NCBI GenBank assembly: GCA_903876795.1
Contig: CAIRBK010000097.1
Location: 17,012-81,011, forward strand
Length of the DNA: 64,000 nt
Reading direction: 5' to 3'
Origin: an uncultured Verrucomicrobiota bacterium
GTDB taxonomy: Bacteria > Verrucomicrobiota > Verrucomicrobiia > Opitutales > Opitutaceae
This document shows positions 19,843 through 27,913 of the stretch, in pieces (positions within the stretch are counted from its first letter, which is position 1; the number at the start of each line of letters is the position of its first letter). The translations under genes were made by a program, and so were the position numbers. Below the pieces are notes generated by a model. That model saw nothing but the letters and a program-made list of their open reading frames with translations. It did no database searches and was not told the DNA's origin.

Positions 19843-20889
19843 TTAGGGGCTGGACGGGCTGACGATGATGGTGATGTCAGGAGTAGACGGAGTGCTAGGG
19901 ACGATTATTTCAGTAATGGTAGGCTTGGTACCAGGCTCAGTGGGCGTGGTCTGAACGTCAGGATCAACTTTGACCTCTGGCTGTGTCCGGATCGCCTCGC
20001 GCACCGCTTCTCTAAGGGACTGGTCGGCTCTAGCGTTGACAGAAAAAATCGCACCCGGGGCTGATTGACCGGCAAAGGTCTGAACCGTATCGACAGTGTT
20101 GGATACAATTGCCTTGGCAGCGGTAGAGTCGGTCTTGGCGAGCTCATTGGCGGCATTGGTCACGTTCGAGACAACGGACCTAAGGGTGGCGTTGGCACCC
20201 CTGTCCGCAGTTTCTCTGCTGACTTGAGCAATGATGGAAACAACCGCCACCGTGGCTTGGATAGACTCGGTGATGGCGGTTTTTTCTTCGGCAGTCGTGG
20301 CTGAGCTAATGGCCGAAGCGATTGAAGTGGAGACGCCCAGATTGGAATTGGCCGATTTACCTTCAGAAACGGTGACGGGGGCTTGGCCGTTGATCGCGAA
20401 GCTCACCGAACCGGTGTAGGTGTTGACGGTTACAAACACCTGGCCACCGCTGGCGAGCTTTACGGTGGTGGTGTAGGTGGTGCCGCGGGCGGCGGCCACG
20501 CCTTTCGGGGTGCGCACGCTGTAATTGTTGATGGCACGCTTCGACGGATCGAGCACGGAAACGGAAGTACCATTTTTGAGATCGATGACCGCCGTGCGCA
20601 CGCCCTCGGAGTTCACACTGTGGGTGCCGATCACCGCTGTGGTGAGACTGTCGAGACCCGTTTCGATGCCATCGTGAGACTTCACAACGATTTTGCTGCC
20701 GGCACCAGTGACAACGGTGGAACCCTCGGGCAGAACCTCACCCGGCACAGCGGGCTTTGAGGCTGCGCCACCGGGCAGGGAGACGGTGGCCGAACCGTTG
20801 ACGGAGGAAATCGTTGCCTGCTGTGCGGAAGCAATCACAGCTCCCGCCATGGCGGCGATGGACAACACAATTAGGCGGATTTTTTTCAT
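19843..20889 (-). CDS. Secreted FecR-domain protein with a Pro/Thr-rich tail
   Basis: Signal peptide MKKIRLIV..ASA; FecR-like V.TG.GS and VRTPKGVAAARGTTY motifs; P/T/S-rich C-terminus. Confidence 0.7.
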   Translation of the reverse strand: MKKIRLIVLSIAAMAGAVIASAQQATISSVNGSATVSLPGGAASKPAVPGEVLPEGSTVVTGAGSKIVVKSHDGIETGLDSLTTAVIGTHSVNSEGVRTAVIDLKNGTSVSVLDPSKRAINNYSVRTPKGVAAARGTTYTTTVKLASGGQVFVTVNTYTGSVSFAINGQAPVTVSEGKSANSNLGVSTSIASAISSATTAEEKTAITESIQATVAVVSIIAQVSRETADRGANATLRSVVSNVTNAANELAKTDSTAAKAIVSNTVDTVQTFAGQSAPGAIFSVNARADQSLREAVREAIRTQPEVKVDPDVQTTPTEPGTKPTITEIIVPSTPSTPDITIIVSPSSP

Positions 20890-21241
20890 GGCTATTATGA
20901 TTGGATCGAAGAGTGAAATAGACCGACGTAAGCAGGGAGAGTTAAAAGACGAGCCGAGAAAGGCGTTGTTATGCAGGGTTGTCGAGCATCTTTCCTGCAT
21001 TTTGCGCTGAAAATTCCCCGCCTCTCCGCTCACTCCCGCCAGTTTAACACTCAGCGCGTTCCTCTGTTAGTGGCAACGGTTCAACGTTACGACACCTAAA
21101 AAGTGGGGTGAAAACCGCCGTAACGACACACCTGACAAAATCTCGGCTTTCTGGATATAGCCACCGATTTCCTTGGTCGCCGATGATATGGGTGGCAACC
21201 AGACGCGTTTTGGCCGCCTGCATTACGGTCCAACAAAGAAA

Positions 21242-21985
21242 TCAAGCCCGCAGCCGAGAGACCAGTTCACGCAATCGCACAGCCAGCACCTTACGATCTC
21301 CGCCCGCCGCCACCGCCTCGCCCCAAACCACACGGGCGCGCACCCACGGAAGGGTCGTGAAATTCCACAGGTGCGGCGCCAACGTCATGTCACCCCACCA
21401 ACACACCTCATGAGTCACCCGGCGACCGGCGGACGTTTTGTAGCTGATACCCGCCGGAATCACCGGCCAGCCATTCTGCACCGCCGGCTCCAGCAACGAT
21501 GGTTTGAACGGCAACACGTCCGCCCCATCGGTCGAGGTGCCTTCCAAAAAAACAACCACGGTCAACCGCTCGGTGATGACCGGGCCGATTTCGTCGGCTA
21601 TCCGGGCCACATCGCCGCGTCGGTTCCGATCAATAAAGCGCGTGCCCGCCTTCTCCGCAAACCAGCCGAACAAAGGCCAGGAACGCACTTCCCGCTTAGC
21701 CACAAAAACCACCGGCGTCAGCGAAGCCAGAACCAGGATGTCCAAATAGCCCAGATGGTTCGCGGCAATGATCGCCCCCCGGGCAGGCTCTCCGCGCGAT
21801 TCCACTTCGACCGCCAGCACCAATAGGGCACTTCTGCAAACGGACTGCAACCACCGTGCCTTCGCGCCCGCATCCTGCCGGTGCGACCGCCGCGCCGCAT
21901 AGTCGAAAGCCGAGCCCGCGATCAAGACCAACAACGCCACCAGGCGCCCCGCCCCGCGCACGTTGTTCCAGATTTTTTCCGTCAT
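21242..21985 (-). CDS. PlsC-type lysophospholipid acyltransferase (OlsA-like)
   Basis: NHLGYLD (HxxxxD), FVAKREV, FIDR, FLEGTSTDG..FK motifs. Confidence 0.88.
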   Translation of the reverse strand: MTEKIWNNVRGAGRLVALLVLIAGSAFDYAARRSHRQDAGAKARWLQSVCRSALLVLAVEVESRGEPARGAIIAANHLGYLDILVLASLTPVVFVAKREVRSWPLFGWFAEKAGTRFIDRNRRGDVARIADEIGPVITERLTVVVFLEGTSTDGADVLPFKPSLLEPAVQNGWPVIPAGISYKTSAGRRVTHEVCWWGDMTLAPHLWNFTTLPWVRARVVWGEAVAAGGDRKVLAVRLRELVSRLRA

Positions 21986-22004
21986 TCGAGTTCGCCGAGC
22001 AAAG

Positions 22005-22745
22005 TCACGCGGCGAACTTGCGCAACACCCGCGGCGGCATCGTCCGCAGATCCATCCAAGTCAAAAAATCGATGGTCTTGAACTCCCGGTCGAGCGCCGG
22101 CTCGCCGCAGATCGCCGCCCCCGCCGCCAGATACGCGGTCATCAAGCGCGGGATTCTCACCCCGAGGCGAGACCGCGACTCCACTTCGTCCTCGCTCGCC
22201 TCGCAACGCCACCCAGGCAGCGGACGCGTGCGCCACGGCTCCGCGACGAGGTTTTTTGCCGAAAGCTGCGCATAGGCCGCCAAACCCTCGGCCGCGTCCT
22301 GCGACGTGAGCGAGCTGCACCCGAGCAGGTAACGCGCCCCGCGTTCTTGCGCGTAGGTTGCGATCCCGCGCCACAACAGGCCCAGCACGCTTTGATTGCG
22401 ATGCGCCAACGCCACGCATGCCCGGCCCAGCTCCACCACTTCCCCCCGAACCGGCTCGAACGGGCCAAACTCAAACTCCCTCTCGCTGTAATAACCCACG
22501 CCCGATGCCGCCGCCGTCCGGCCGGTTTGCAGCCGATAGGTGCCCACCACCTCGCCGGTCCCCCGCTCGCGCACCAGCAGATGGTCGCACACCGCGTCGA
22601 ACTCATCCGCGTCCAGCCCGGAGGCAACCGCCGACGTCAACCCTTCACCCAGCTCCAGGTTGAACACCGAGAAGCGCAGCCTCTGCGCCTCGCTTATGTC
22701 GTCCGGCTCTTCGGCCAGTTTCAACTCATACAAGTCCGTGCTCAT
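22005..22745 (-). CDS. GNAT-fold N-acyltransferase (OlsB-like, N-acyl amino acid synthase)
   Basis: AQRLRFSVFNLELG, D.DEFDAVCDHL, VGTYRL, ELGRACV, YLLGCSS, P.LMTAYL..GA.ICGEPA.DREF..IDF; overlaps the upstream gene by ATGA. Confidence 0.85.
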   Translation of the reverse strand: MSTDLYELKLAEEPDDISEAQRLRFSVFNLELGEGLTSAVASGLDADEFDAVCDHLLVRERGTGEVVGTYRLQTGRTAAASGVGYYSEREFEFGPFEPVRGEVVELGRACVALAHRNQSVLGLLWRGIATYAQERGARYLLGCSSLTSQDAAEGLAAYAQLSAKNLVAEPWRTRPLPGWRCEASEDEVESRSRLGVRIPRLMTAYLAAGAAICGEPALDREFKTIDFLTWMDLRTMPPRVLRKFAA

Positions 22746-24355
22746 GATCGCGCCTTTTGCAGCAGTTCCAAAACCTCCTTCACCGTCGGCACGCGCACCC
22801 CGCGCGCCCGGTTGGCCGCGCCGATTGCAAACGCCAGCCGCCATTGCCGGCACAACACACGCCAGCCATGCCACACCGAGTGTCGCGGATCGTAAATGCT
22901 GGTTGCCTCCGAGGTGAGACCGTTCAGCTCGATCACCGTAATCTCGCCGCGCCGAAAGGCTTCGGGCGAGGGGGTGCGGACGTCGTAGCGTCCAAAATAA
23001 AAACCGTCGAAAGCCCGGCTCATGTTATCCACCGCGCAGACCAATTCCGGCGTCACCAGTTCCCCTCCGTCGAGAAACAAGGCTCCGCGGCAATGTGTGC
23101 CCAAATCGGTCAACGAGATGCGTGCCCCTGTCGGCGGCACTTCATCGAGCCGCGCGGCGAATTTATCCAAAAAGAAACTGCCCATGCATACTGCGCGGTC
23201 ATCGGCGAGGATCAGCTCCTCCAGCGTTCGCCGCCCGTCGCCGGTCACCTGGACCATGCGCTTGTCGGTCACCGCAAAAATCTCCCCGCGCTCCGCCCCG
23301 GGCCTGCGCACATAAAACACGCCGTACTCCGCGCCCGGCACGTAGCGTTGCACGATCAACGCCCGCGGTTCCGCCGCCAGCGCCGCGCGCGCCATCGCTT
23401 CCCCGAGCGCGATCACCACGCCCGCGCCGCGCTCGCCCACGTCGGGTTTCAACACCACGGGCCAGCCGTGTATGGCCGCCAGGGCGCGCACGACGGACAT
23501 GCGCGCAGCCGCATCGCCCGGCACCACCAGGCGCCACGCCGCCACCGCGTCGCCCGCGCCGGCCAGTCCCGCGAGAATTTCACTCTTGGACTCGCCCACC
23601 AGCCCGCCACCGGCCCCGATGCCCGGATTCACCGCCGCAAAAAGCGTCGCCCCCCGATGCCGTAACGCCAGCCAACAAGCATACGCGACCACCGGCGTGT
23701 ACACCGCCCACATCGGCCAGAATTCCCATCGCGTCAGCCGTCGCCACCCGCCGAGCAGCAGGCGGCGTCCACGCCAGGTAGCCGCCGTCACGATCAGTTT
23801 TAGGCCAACCGCCAGCGCCAGCGCTGCGATCACAAGCCAGCCCGCGACTTGTGTCCAGGCTTGCAACCAGCCCAGCGCGGCTTCGCCCGCGACTGCCGCC
23901 ACGCCGACCAGCAATGGCGTCCACACCGCGCAGGCCAATGCGAACCAGGGTGTGAACCGGCCCCACGGCATCCGCAGAATCCCGGCAGCCACATAGGTCG
24001 GCAGACGCGTGCCGGGCGTAAACCGGCTCGCCACGATCACCCACGCGCCGCGTCGTCCAAACCACCGCTCCGCCCAGGTTAATGCATCGGGCGACACGCG
24101 TCCGCGCAACGGCCACCGCACGAGCGCCGCGCGCCCAAGCCGGCGCCCGAGCAAGACCAGCAGCATATCGCCGGCGAAGATGCCCGCGAAGCACGCCGCC
24201 GCCGCCGGACCGAATGCAAGCTTGCCCGCCGCCACCAACAGCCCCGCCGCGATACAGGCGAGGTCCTCGCTCACCAGCGTCGCGAACGCCAGGGCGGCCA
24301 GCGCCAGCGGCAGGTTGTCCGCGCTCAACCAGTTTTGGACCGACTCGAGGCTCAT
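22742..24355 (-). CDS. DedA/VTT membrane domain fused to an ATP-grasp ligase-like domain
   Basis: N-terminal SEDLACI..GD..SRFTPGTRLPTYVAAG (DedA); C-terminal WPVVLKPDVGERG.GV, IVQRYV, GRYDVR..IELNG (ATP-grasp). Confidence 0.8.
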   Translation of the reverse strand: MSLESVQNWLSADNLPLALAALAFATLVSEDLACIAAGLLVAAGKLAFGPAAAACFAGIFAGDMLLVLLGRRLGRAALVRWPLRGRVSPDALTWAERWFGRRGAWVIVASRFTPGTRLPTYVAAGILRMPWGRFTPWFALACAVWTPLLVGVAAVAGEAALGWLQAWTQVAGWLVIAALALAVGLKLIVTAATWRGRRLLLGGWRRLTRWEFWPMWAVYTPVVAYACWLALRHRGATLFAAVNPGIGAGGGLVGESKSEILAGLAGAGDAVAAWRLVVPGDAAARMSVVRALAAIHGWPVVLKPDVGERGAGVVIALGEAMARAALAAEPRALIVQRYVPGAEYGVFYVRRPGAERGEIFAVTDKRMVQVTGDGRRTLEELILADDRAVCMGSFFLDKFAARLDEVPPTGARISLTDLGTHCRGALFLDGGELVTPELVCAVDNMSRAFDGFYFGRYDVRTPSPEAFRRGEITVIELNGLTSEATSIYDPRHSVWHGWRVLCRQWRLAFAIGAANRARGVRVPTVKEVLELLQKARS

Positions 24356-25053
24356 ACCCGCAACATCACGGTGTTCGCCGCAACCGCCTCGGGCCAGGCG
24401 ACCGCTTGGTAGGCCAACTCTCGCAGTGCTTCGACCGGTCTCACCCGCACGGAACACACGCTGCGCGTGGCCGCGTCGGGACGCCTCATTAAAACCGAGC
24501 CCGCTCCGTCGGACGGATCGTGCGCCCAGTGAAAAGTCGCCCCGCGTTCTTCGACCGCGCACGCCGCATAAGCCGCCGAGCGGCGGGCCCGTACCCCGGC
24601 CGGATCAAAAGAAGACGAAGTCAAAAACTCCGGAGCGGGCGCTTCGTGCAGCCTCCGTCCGTCCCAACGCGCGTGCACGCCGCCGGCGCGGGCGTCGATC
24701 GCCACCAGATGAAAGGGCGCGAACTCGGCCAGCGGCATCGTTCGCATCACCGCGACCGCCTCGGTGGCCCGCACTTCGCCGGCGACGGCGAGCGGCAGCC
24801 GCCCGCGGCTCAAGCGCCCGGTTTCGACGATGCCCCGGGGATAATCGTTGAGCACGCAGACCGTGAGGCCATGCGCGTTGAGCATGAGCCAGGTGCCGCC
24901 GTGGTCGCCGTCCACAGGTGCGAGGTGGCGCACACCGTTGGCCGACCTTCGCTCGGCCGGCGGGGATTCGGACGCGCGAGTGTTGTGTTCGTCGCGGTTA
25001 AAAAACAGGTCGTAGCCGCCCTCCCGGACGGCACGCCAGGTCAGCGTGCACAT
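24352..25053 (-). CDS. NRDE/TANGO2 family protein (Ntn-hydrolase fold)
   Basis: MCTL start, FNRDE signature, GGTW, SRGRL, PFHLV, TSSS. Confidence 0.88.
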   Translation of the reverse strand: MCTLTWRAVREGGYDLFFNRDEHNTRASESPPAERRSANGVRHLAPVDGDHGGTWLMLNAHGLTVCVLNDYPRGIVETGRLSRGRLPLAVAGEVRATEAVAVMRTMPLAEFAPFHLVAIDARAGGVHARWDGRRLHEAPAPEFLTSSSFDPAGVRARRSAAYAACAVEERGATFHWAHDPSDGAGSVLMRRPDAATRSVCSVRVRPVEALRELAYQAVAWPEAVAANTVMLRV

Positions 25054-25568
25054 GCGTCGGCGGCGGCCCGGGCCTTGAGGTGGCGAAGGGTCGAGGGCGC
25101 CAGGCCGAAGTCCTTCGGCAGCGTCTGGCCCGACAACTGGCAGATCACCCCGATCAACGCGTAATGATGCACGGTATGGCTGAGCAAAAACTCCAGTTCG
25201 CGCAACACGGTGGATTGTCCCCAGCCGAGTGCGCCCTCCACAGGACTGGACTCGGCACGCACGCGCAAGGCGCGGTCGTGGGTGAGGCGTTCGAGCCTTT
25301 CACCGATGGACACCAACTGCGCGATCGCATGGCCGGGGTCGTTTTCAATCAATGGATCGCGGGCGCGGGCCTCGTAGTCCACGACACCGGTCTCGATACC
25401 GCGCAGGAAGCTCTGGTAGTGTTCGATCACATGGCGCAGGTGTCCGCCGGCCGAGCTGTTGAAACACGCCGGCGTGCGTTCCGTGTAGCTTTCAGGATTC
25501 AGTCGGGACAGCAGATCGATGCTTTGGCGAAGGGCGGAGACATTGTCGCGGATGCTGTGTGCGATCAT
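25041..25568 (-). CDS. DinB/YfiT family metal-binding protein
   Basis: GGHLRHVIEHY and RELEFLLSHTVHHYALI histidine motifs. Confidence 0.82.
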   Translation of the reverse strand: MIAHSIRDNVSALRQSIDLLSRLNPESYTERTPACFNSSAGGHLRHVIEHYQSFLRGIETGVVDYEARARDPLIENDPGHAIAQLVSIGERLERLTHDRALRVRAESSPVEGALGWGQSTVLRELEFLLSHTVHHYALIGVICQLSGQTLPKDFGLAPSTLRHLKARAAADACAR

Positions 25569-25582
25569 GGCGGGCAAATCGC

Positions 25583-26029
25583 TCAGTTTTTGAGAATCTT
25601 GGGCCAGTTCTCATCGGCGCGGGCGATGTTGTCGGGAATGTTCTCCGACCACTGGCCCTGCACCTTCGGACTGTAGTTCAGGTAGAGGCGGTCGTTCACG
25701 ATTTTCCAGGCGTCCGGGTCGATGCCCGCCGTGTAACCGCGGCTGACCGCCCAGGCGCAGTAGCCGCCGTATTGCGGGGCGTATCCGGCGGGATCGATCT
25801 TGAACAACTCGCGGTTGGCCGCGCTGGCAAAATGCCACGCGGCGCCGTTCCAGTCGTAACTGAAATCGGAGTCGCCCTTCGTCGGTTTGCCGACCGTGAA
25901 ATAGGCCACGGGATCGTAGCCCTTGATGGCCACGCCAGTGAATGTGCTGTTGACCGGTTTCTCAGCACGGAGCGCCGCGGTGGCACACAAGGCGCACAAG
26001 GTCGCCGCCAGACGAATGAACATGTTCAT
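25583..26029 (-). CDS. Secreted YHS-domain protein (Cys form of the YHS (seleno)protein family)
   Basis: Signal peptide; AIKGYDPVAYF, WHFASAANRELF..P..YAPQYGGYCAWAV. Confidence 0.85.
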   Translation of the reverse strand: MNMFIRLAATLCALCATAALRAEKPVNSTFTGVAIKGYDPVAYFTVGKPTKGDSDFSYDWNGAAWHFASAANRELFKIDPAGYAPQYGGYCAWAVSRGYTAGIDPDAWKIVNDRLYLNYSPKVQGQWSENIPDNIARADENWPKILKN

Positions 26030-26047
26030 GAAGGGATCGAATTTGTA

Positions 26048-26470
26048 CTAAAGTCTGGAGCCGATTACCGGCAGGGCGCGGCGGTGCAGCCAGGCGATGA
26101 ACGCGCTGCCCAGCCACACGATCAGCGCCAGACCAAAAAGCAGGCCGCCGTCGTCCTGCACCACGATGCCGAGCTTGGTGAGATGGAAAAAAATCGCGCC
26201 GCTGATCACCCCGAGCGCAATCCCGGCACCAACCGGCACCAGTGACGGCACAAAAAGCAGCAAGGCCGCGATCAACTCGACCGCTCCGGAACCATAGCGC
26301 CCCCACGGCTCCTGGCCGACGGTCTTAAAAAAATAGACCGACTCGGGCGCGCCCGAAAATTTGAAGAACAGGGTCTGGAGAAGTATGACCGCGACGACGA
26401 CGCGGACAACCCAGCTGGCAGCGCGCAACGGCGCTGGTGACGTTCGGTGGACGATGGTGGACTTAAGCAT
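26048..26470 (-). CDS. DoxX family membrane protein
   Basis: Four TM helices; LQTLFFKFSGAPESV.FF, EPWGRYG.G..EL, GAIFFHL. Confidence 0.82.
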   Translation of the reverse strand: MLKSTIVHRTSPAPLRAASWVVRVVVAVILLQTLFFKFSGAPESVYFFKTVGQEPWGRYGSGAVELIAALLLFVPSLVPVGAGIALGVISGAIFFHLTKLGIVVQDDGGLLFGLALIVWLGSAFIAWLHRRALPVIGSRL

Positions 26471-26512
26471 GTGCGGATGAGAGCCGCCAGCCGCACATTT
26501 ATTCCCGGATAA

Positions 26513-27232
26513 TCAAAAAACGTTGCGCAAAGCCGCGCCGCCCTCGTCCGTGACCAGCACATAGGCATGGCGTGAGTCCGCCCACGAAACCGCCGCCAGC
26601 TTGCCGCGTTCGCGGAACATCGGTTCTGCGTCGCCCGGGAAATCCTCGCGACGCCCGATGTAGAGGTGGAATTCCCCGCCGCGCTCGAAGCAGGCCTCCA
26701 GCACGTCGTGACCGGCGATGCGCACGGTGCGGCATCCGTCGGCCTTGAGCCGGTCGATATCCATGTCCACCCCCGCAGCCAGCCGCGTCGCGGGATTGGA
26801 CAACAGCGCGCGCAGTTCTCCGCGGGCAAAGGGCATCCGTTTGTGATGGGACACCGAATCGACCTCCGCCATGGCGCCCCGGGCCAGTTGTTCGACGTCG
26901 GCTGGCGGTATCAGCACGGTCCAGAAGGCCGCAAGCCCGAGAATCAGGGTGACGCAAGCGGCCGTCGCGAGCACCTGCGGACGGCGCCAGAACGGCGGCA
27001 TAGGACCGAGGCTCGCACCCGATAAGATGGCGTCGCGCAATCCGGCCGGCGGTTGGACGGAGCGGAGTCTGGCGGCAACCACCTCGTCGAACGCACGCTC
27101 GCGCTCCAACCACTCGCCCAGCACGGGGTCGCGTCGCGCCTGCTCGAGCGCAGCCGCGAAGCACGGATCGGCGTCGTCCCGTCCGTCTGGACGACGCGCC
27201 TGGAGGATGAATTTGGCTTCGGTCGTGTTCAT
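26513..27232 (-). CDS. Putative membrane-anchored anti-sigma factor
   Basis: C-terminal part of ORF 26513..28018 from MNTTEAKF; one TM helix; overlaps the ECF sigma stop (ATGA). Confidence 0.7.
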   Translation of the reverse strand: MNTTEAKFILQARRPDGRDDADPCFAAALEQARRDPVLGEWLERERAFDEVVAARLRSVQPPAGLRDAILSGASLGPMPPFWRRPQVLATAACVTLILGLAAFWTVLIPPADVEQLARGAMAEVDSVSHHKRMPFARGELRALLSNPATRLAAGVDMDIDRLKADGCRTVRIAGHDVLEACFERGGEFHLYIGRREDFPGDAEPMFRERGKLAAVSWADSRHAYVLVTDEGGAALRNVF

Positions 27233-27771
27233 GACGTTTTCTTTTGCGAAAGGGGAAAAGGGACGACGTTCGACGCGGTTTCGCGCCGGGCCAGCGCCGT
27301 GCGCAACTGGGTTTTGCCGCGGGACAACCGCGACATCACCGTGCCGATCGGCACTTCGATCAGGTCGGCGATTTCCTGATATGGCAGGTCTTCCAGATAA
27401 AACAGGGTAAGCGGAACCCGGAACGTCTCGTCCACTTCCTGCAGCGCCTCGACGACGCCCTGGGCATCCATCTTCAGCGCCGGATCGTGGCAGGCCGTCG
27501 GCGGATCGTCTTCGCCGGGCGGCAAGTCGGCGATTGCGGTGACACGCGAGCCGCGTCGACGTCCGCGCAGGAATTCGCGGTAGAGCGTCGTGAAGAGCCA
27601 CGTCTTCACCTTCGAGCCGTCGCGCAGCGAGGAGCCCTTGGTGGCCCACACATAAAAGGTTTGCTGCGTAAGGTCGCAGGCGTCGGCGGAGTTGCGGGCC
27701 AGACTCAGCGCGAAGCGGTAAAGCGACGTGTAGTAGGCATCGACCAACTGCTTGAAAGCGTCTTGTCCCAT
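27229..27771 (-). CDS. ECF RNA polymerase sigma factor
   Basis: ACDLTQQTF, KTWLFT region 2; YQEIA..IEVPIGTVMSRLSRG region 4. Confidence 0.93.
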   Translation of the reverse strand: MGQDAFKQLVDAYYTSLYRFALSLARNSADACDLTQQTFYVWATKGSSLRDGSKVKTWLFTTLYREFLRGRRRGSRVTAIADLPPGEDDPPTACHDPALKMDAQGVVEALQEVDETFRVPLTLFYLEDLPYQEIADLIEVPIGTVMSRLSRGKTQLRTALARRETASNVVPFPLSQKKTS

Positions 27772-27913
27772 TGCATGTGTGAGCCGGGAACCGCCGGCTT
27801 ATTCCCGAAAAATCAACCGTCATGCGCTCCCGGGCGAGCATGGAGTCGCCGCGTCCTTGCCGGCGTTTTTTCTTCCGCCCGGAGCCCGACGGGCGCAGCG
27901 TCGTCCGTCCGAC

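Noticed and set aside
25583-26029. YHS protein as a selenoprotein
   Set aside because: The conserved position is TGC (Cys); there is no in-frame TGA
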